In this document: piece after piece, positions 61,364 to 64,000 of the stretch
How the letters are laid out: each line of letters opens with the position of its first letter
How positions within the stretch are numbered: the stretch's first letter is position 1
From: Haplodiscus bocki
Lineage: Eukaryota
Length of the DNA stretch: 64,000 nt
NCBI GenBank assembly: GCA_965655095.1
Contig: OZ296656.1
Location: 71,176,001 to 71,240,000, forward strand
Direction: 5' to 3'
Position numbers and translations under genes: made by a program
The notes under the pieces: generated by a model
Seen by the model: the letters and a program-made list of their open reading frames with translations, nothing else
What the model was told of the DNA's origin: nothing
Databases searched by the model: none

Positions 61364-61540
61364 AAACTTAAGACTATGCCCTCAACATAACCAAGCCCTT
61401 GAACATTACAATGGATTTTTTTGTTAACTTAGATTTTTTCAATAAATTATTCGAATGTTTGATTGCTTGATTTATGATGCCTTACTTTGATTTGTTTATT
61501 TGATTTGATTTAGAGCACTTAAATGAATTAATTCTTTATA

Positions 61541-61557
61541 AGCCTAATTGTTGTGAT
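61541..61557 (+). repeat. Junction 17-mer copy 10
   Basis: Exact; preceded by AATTCTTTATA. Confidence 0.95.
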
Positions 61558-61896
61558 CGCTTATGATAAAGATAGCTTTCCTTGCTTGAATCGAAGTGAT
61601 CTTGACGATATTGTGACCATAGATTGGCCAGAATTCCATCTGTGACTTCTATTGGTTACTACTATTCATCACTTTTTGTGGTGAAAAACCTTATCTTTGA
61701 ATCAACCTGCAACTTCAGCATTCTTTCATTCTTCAGCACAGACTTGCAACTCAGCAACACAGACTTGCGGCGTGGACTACGGATTCTTCTCTTCGACTTC
61801 TGTGACGTGACTTCTCATTGAAAACTTCTCACACAGCTTTCCCGCTGATTAATACTGAATTTTCATTCAGTATTTCAGCTCAAAAATTTTTGAAAA

Positions 61897-63157
61897 ATGG
61901 AACGACAAATGGCCCTGACTGACAATGTTTCCTTCTACCCCCCCTCTCAATAATGGCTCTTCTGACACGGTTCAACACTACATGACACCTGAACAACGCG
62001 TAAACTTCTACAATAACCAAGAAATGTCACTTTACAACCAAGAAACAACAAACAATGTCAACCAAGAAATAATGAAACCAAGTTATTCTGGAATTGCGTC
62101 GAACAATGTACCACCACCAAGAATTACGAACTTTTTAAAACTCAAGATCATTCCTCCATTCAACAAAGAGCATTTTGTAACAAAGAACACATTCGAATCG
62201 GCTTCCAATCAATGTATTGCTACAATCCTAAGACAATTCTCTCCGGAACAACGAACAAAAATTACTCTGTCCAACACTTTTACGATTGTTGGAACCCGGC
62301 GCCTGCATACATTTCATCTTGTTGCACCCACTGAGGCCGCGAGTACTGTTGAACGGTTACTATCTTCTGGAATCGAGTTACTTGGGAGAACTGTGTTCCC
62401 CCAAAGTGACTCATTTGAACGGTGTATCCCTGGGATCTATCCAAAGTTTGTCCACATTCGCATCTTGCAATTACCATCAATTTGCCAGGATGACGAACTG
62501 TCCGACCTCCTCCAACTTCCTGACTCAACGCAAATTACCTCGGTAAAGCACAATACAGAGGTATCAGCAATGATTCGTGTGGTATCCAAAGACCATGAAG
62601 AGGAACTAAGACAATGGTCAATCAGGAATCATGAGAATGGAAATCTGCAATGGCATGATATCCCAATTTATGCATTCATCCCTGCGTTGCACCAGTGCCA
62701 GCACTGTAAGGACAACAAACGACCTTTCCATGGGCATGACATTGCATGGTGTCGCCATGCAAGAGACGAAACGCAACAAAGAACAACAATTACCACAAAT
62801 GACTGCAACCAAGAAGAACAAGTTTCACTCGGCAACCAAGCAACTATTCATGAAGTCTCCATTCCTGCTACTGGAGAAACCAATGACATTAACATGAACC
62901 AAGATAACACTTCTGATAGCAACCAAGATAACAATGACAACCAAGAAGAAATCGAAGCTAACACCGAAACTGATGATGAACCTCAGAACCAATGGCAAAC
63001 AGCGCAACCAAGACATACAACAACAGCAACCAAGTCTCAGTCACAACCACCCAATCTCAAGCAGACTAAAAGGAAAGCGGACAAAGCTCGACTTTTTATG
63101 ACCAAGAATTTTTCGACTCATACGCCTGTAACTAAGAGGAAAAAACCTGCAAAATAA
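61897..63157 (+). pseudogene. E10 ORF1 (+1 C in a poly-C run near the start; about 10-codon internal deletion)
   Basis: ATGGAACGAC at 61897 is out of frame with the main ORF; lacks the IDGMNFFNGR segment. Confidence 0.75.
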
Positions 63158-63180
63158 TCTTTTTTCTTTCATGATTCCAA

Positions 63181-64000
63181 ATGAATGTTTTCTCTTTAAA
63201 TTGTCGAGGTCTGAAAGACCATCGACGTCTTCAAATAATTGTGAATCAATATCTAAAACACTCAGACCTCGACAATCTTTGCATTTGCTTGCAAGAAACT
63301 AAGATTTCTAATATAACTAATAACCATCTAAAAATCCTGGAGCACTATCACCTTTCATACAATATATATCCATCAGAAGGTCAATCTGGGGGACTTCTGA
63401 CAATTTTTCCAGAAAACTACATACTGCTCAACTCGTATAAATCATCAAACACAATAAGTCTCCACTTTTCTCAACATAATTACACAATAACTAATACATA
63501 CATCAAACCGACTGACTACCACCTCCAACAATTTTTATCGGATATTCTTGTTATTGAAAACTTTCAATGCAATACTCACGTCATTTGTGGAGACTTCAAC
63601 GCCCTCCCATCATCTGACTGCACTTCCAATCGTCATGTGCCACATAATGACTTCCGTCTTCTCAGATATCATCGTATTATTGACATTCTTCAAAATCTTC
63701 ATGTTGTACGTGTTGAAGCTCAATCACCATCAACTAAATTCACACATTTTGATAAAAGATGTAACTCTTCCAGTCAAATTGACCACTTTTTCACTAACCA
63801 ACCTCACTTTGTCTATGAGACAACCAAAATCTCTTTCTCTGATCATGCTCTTCTTTCTCTTGTTATTTCCAATGTAGCTATGACTGGTACCAGCTACTGG
63901 AAACTTAATGATAATGCATTGCAACATCATGCCTATATAGCAAGCATTCTCTCGGATTCCCTACAAATGTCTCACAATCAGAGTAATTTGCACTTGCACT
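63181..64000 (+). CDS. E10 ORF2 N-terminus (APE endonuclease), partial
   Basis: MNVFSLNCRGLKDHRRLQ...LQET...GDFN...IDHFF...SDH...WKLN, running off the window. Confidence 0.85.
   Translation, partial: MNVFSLNCRGLKDHRRLQIIVNQYLKHSDLDNLCICLQETKISNITNNHLKILEHYHLSYNIYPSEGQSGGLLTIFPENYILLNSYKSSNTISLHFSQHNYTITNTYIKPTDYHLQQFLSDILVIENFQCNTHVICGDFNALPSSDCTSNRHVPHNDFRLLRYHRIIDILQNLHVVRVEAQSPSTKFTHFDKRCNSSSQIDHFFTNQPHFVYETTKISFSDHALLSLVISNVAMTGTSYWKLNDNALQHHAYIASILSDSLQMSHNQSNLHLH

Larger units (their letters stand above)
56453..61540 (+). mobile_element. Unit E9: full-length element, sublineage A' (~5.09 kb), disabled
   Basis: Intact ORF1; ORF2 broken into four or more pieces. Confidence 0.92.
26908..64000 (+). 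mobile_element. Head-to-tail tandem array of sequence-specific L1/Tx1-clade non-LTR retrotransposons (10 units; open at right edge)
   Basis: Repeated ORF1 + APE/RT/CCHC ORF2 cassettes, all on the + strand with no spacer DNA, each beginning with AGCCTAATTGTTGTGAT. Confidence 0.95.
61541..64000 (+). mobile_element. Unit E10: sublineage A' element, cut by the window edge
   Basis: 5'UTR like E9; ORF1; start of APE. Confidence 0.9.

Noticed and set aside
26908-61557. LTR retrotransposons sharing LTRs, or simple segmental tandem duplication
   Set aside because: No protease, integrase or RNase H and no long terminal repeats. Neighbouring units belong to different lineages, so duplication alone cannot explain the array (except 37216-41268).
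27801-63930. Numerous antisense and alternate-frame ORFs over the elements
   Set aside because: Shadows of the codon-biased, low-complexity ORF1/ORF2; they recur only because the elements are repeated.
26908-64000. CRISPR-like array (constant repeat plus variable spacers)
   Set aside because: Eukaryotic intron-containing context; the 'spacers' are 1-5 kb retrotransposons; no cas genes.
26908-64000. Telomeric HeT-A/TART-style end-addition array
   Set aside because: End-addition leaves element 3' ends facing the chromosome interior, with oligo(A) junctions and frequent 5' erosion. Here the 5' ends face the gene side, junctions are an exact 17-mer and units are full length. Chromosomal position is unknown, so this is disfavoured rather than excluded.

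Overview
Eukaryotic (animal-like), AT-rich genomic DNA in two parts. (1) 1-26.9 kb: eight minus-strand coding exons of VWA8 (mitochondrial AAA+ ATPase). I reconstructed them with phase-consistent GT-AG boundaries; the C-terminal vWA exons lie off the left edge. The rest of this part is non-coding or degenerate repeat. (2) 26,908-64,000 (runs off the right edge): an uninterrupted head-to-tail array of ten plus-strand units of L1/Tx1-clade non-LTR retrotransposons (ORF1 + APE-RT-zinc knuckle ORF2). It contains at least three highly divergent autonomous lineages plus a short ORF1-only derivative. Every unit starts with the same 17-mer AGCCTAATTGTTGTGAT (10/10). Every completed unit ends, without a poly(A) tail, in a shared ATT(C/T)TTT plus 2-3 mostly A bases just before the next 17-mer. 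Best interpretation: a multi-family, sequence-specific retrotransposon system whose target-site duplication regenerates its own landing pad. From unverified recollection, the 17-mer resembles the start of the acoel spliced-leader (SL) exon, so these may be SL-RNA-gene-targeting APE retrotransposons.
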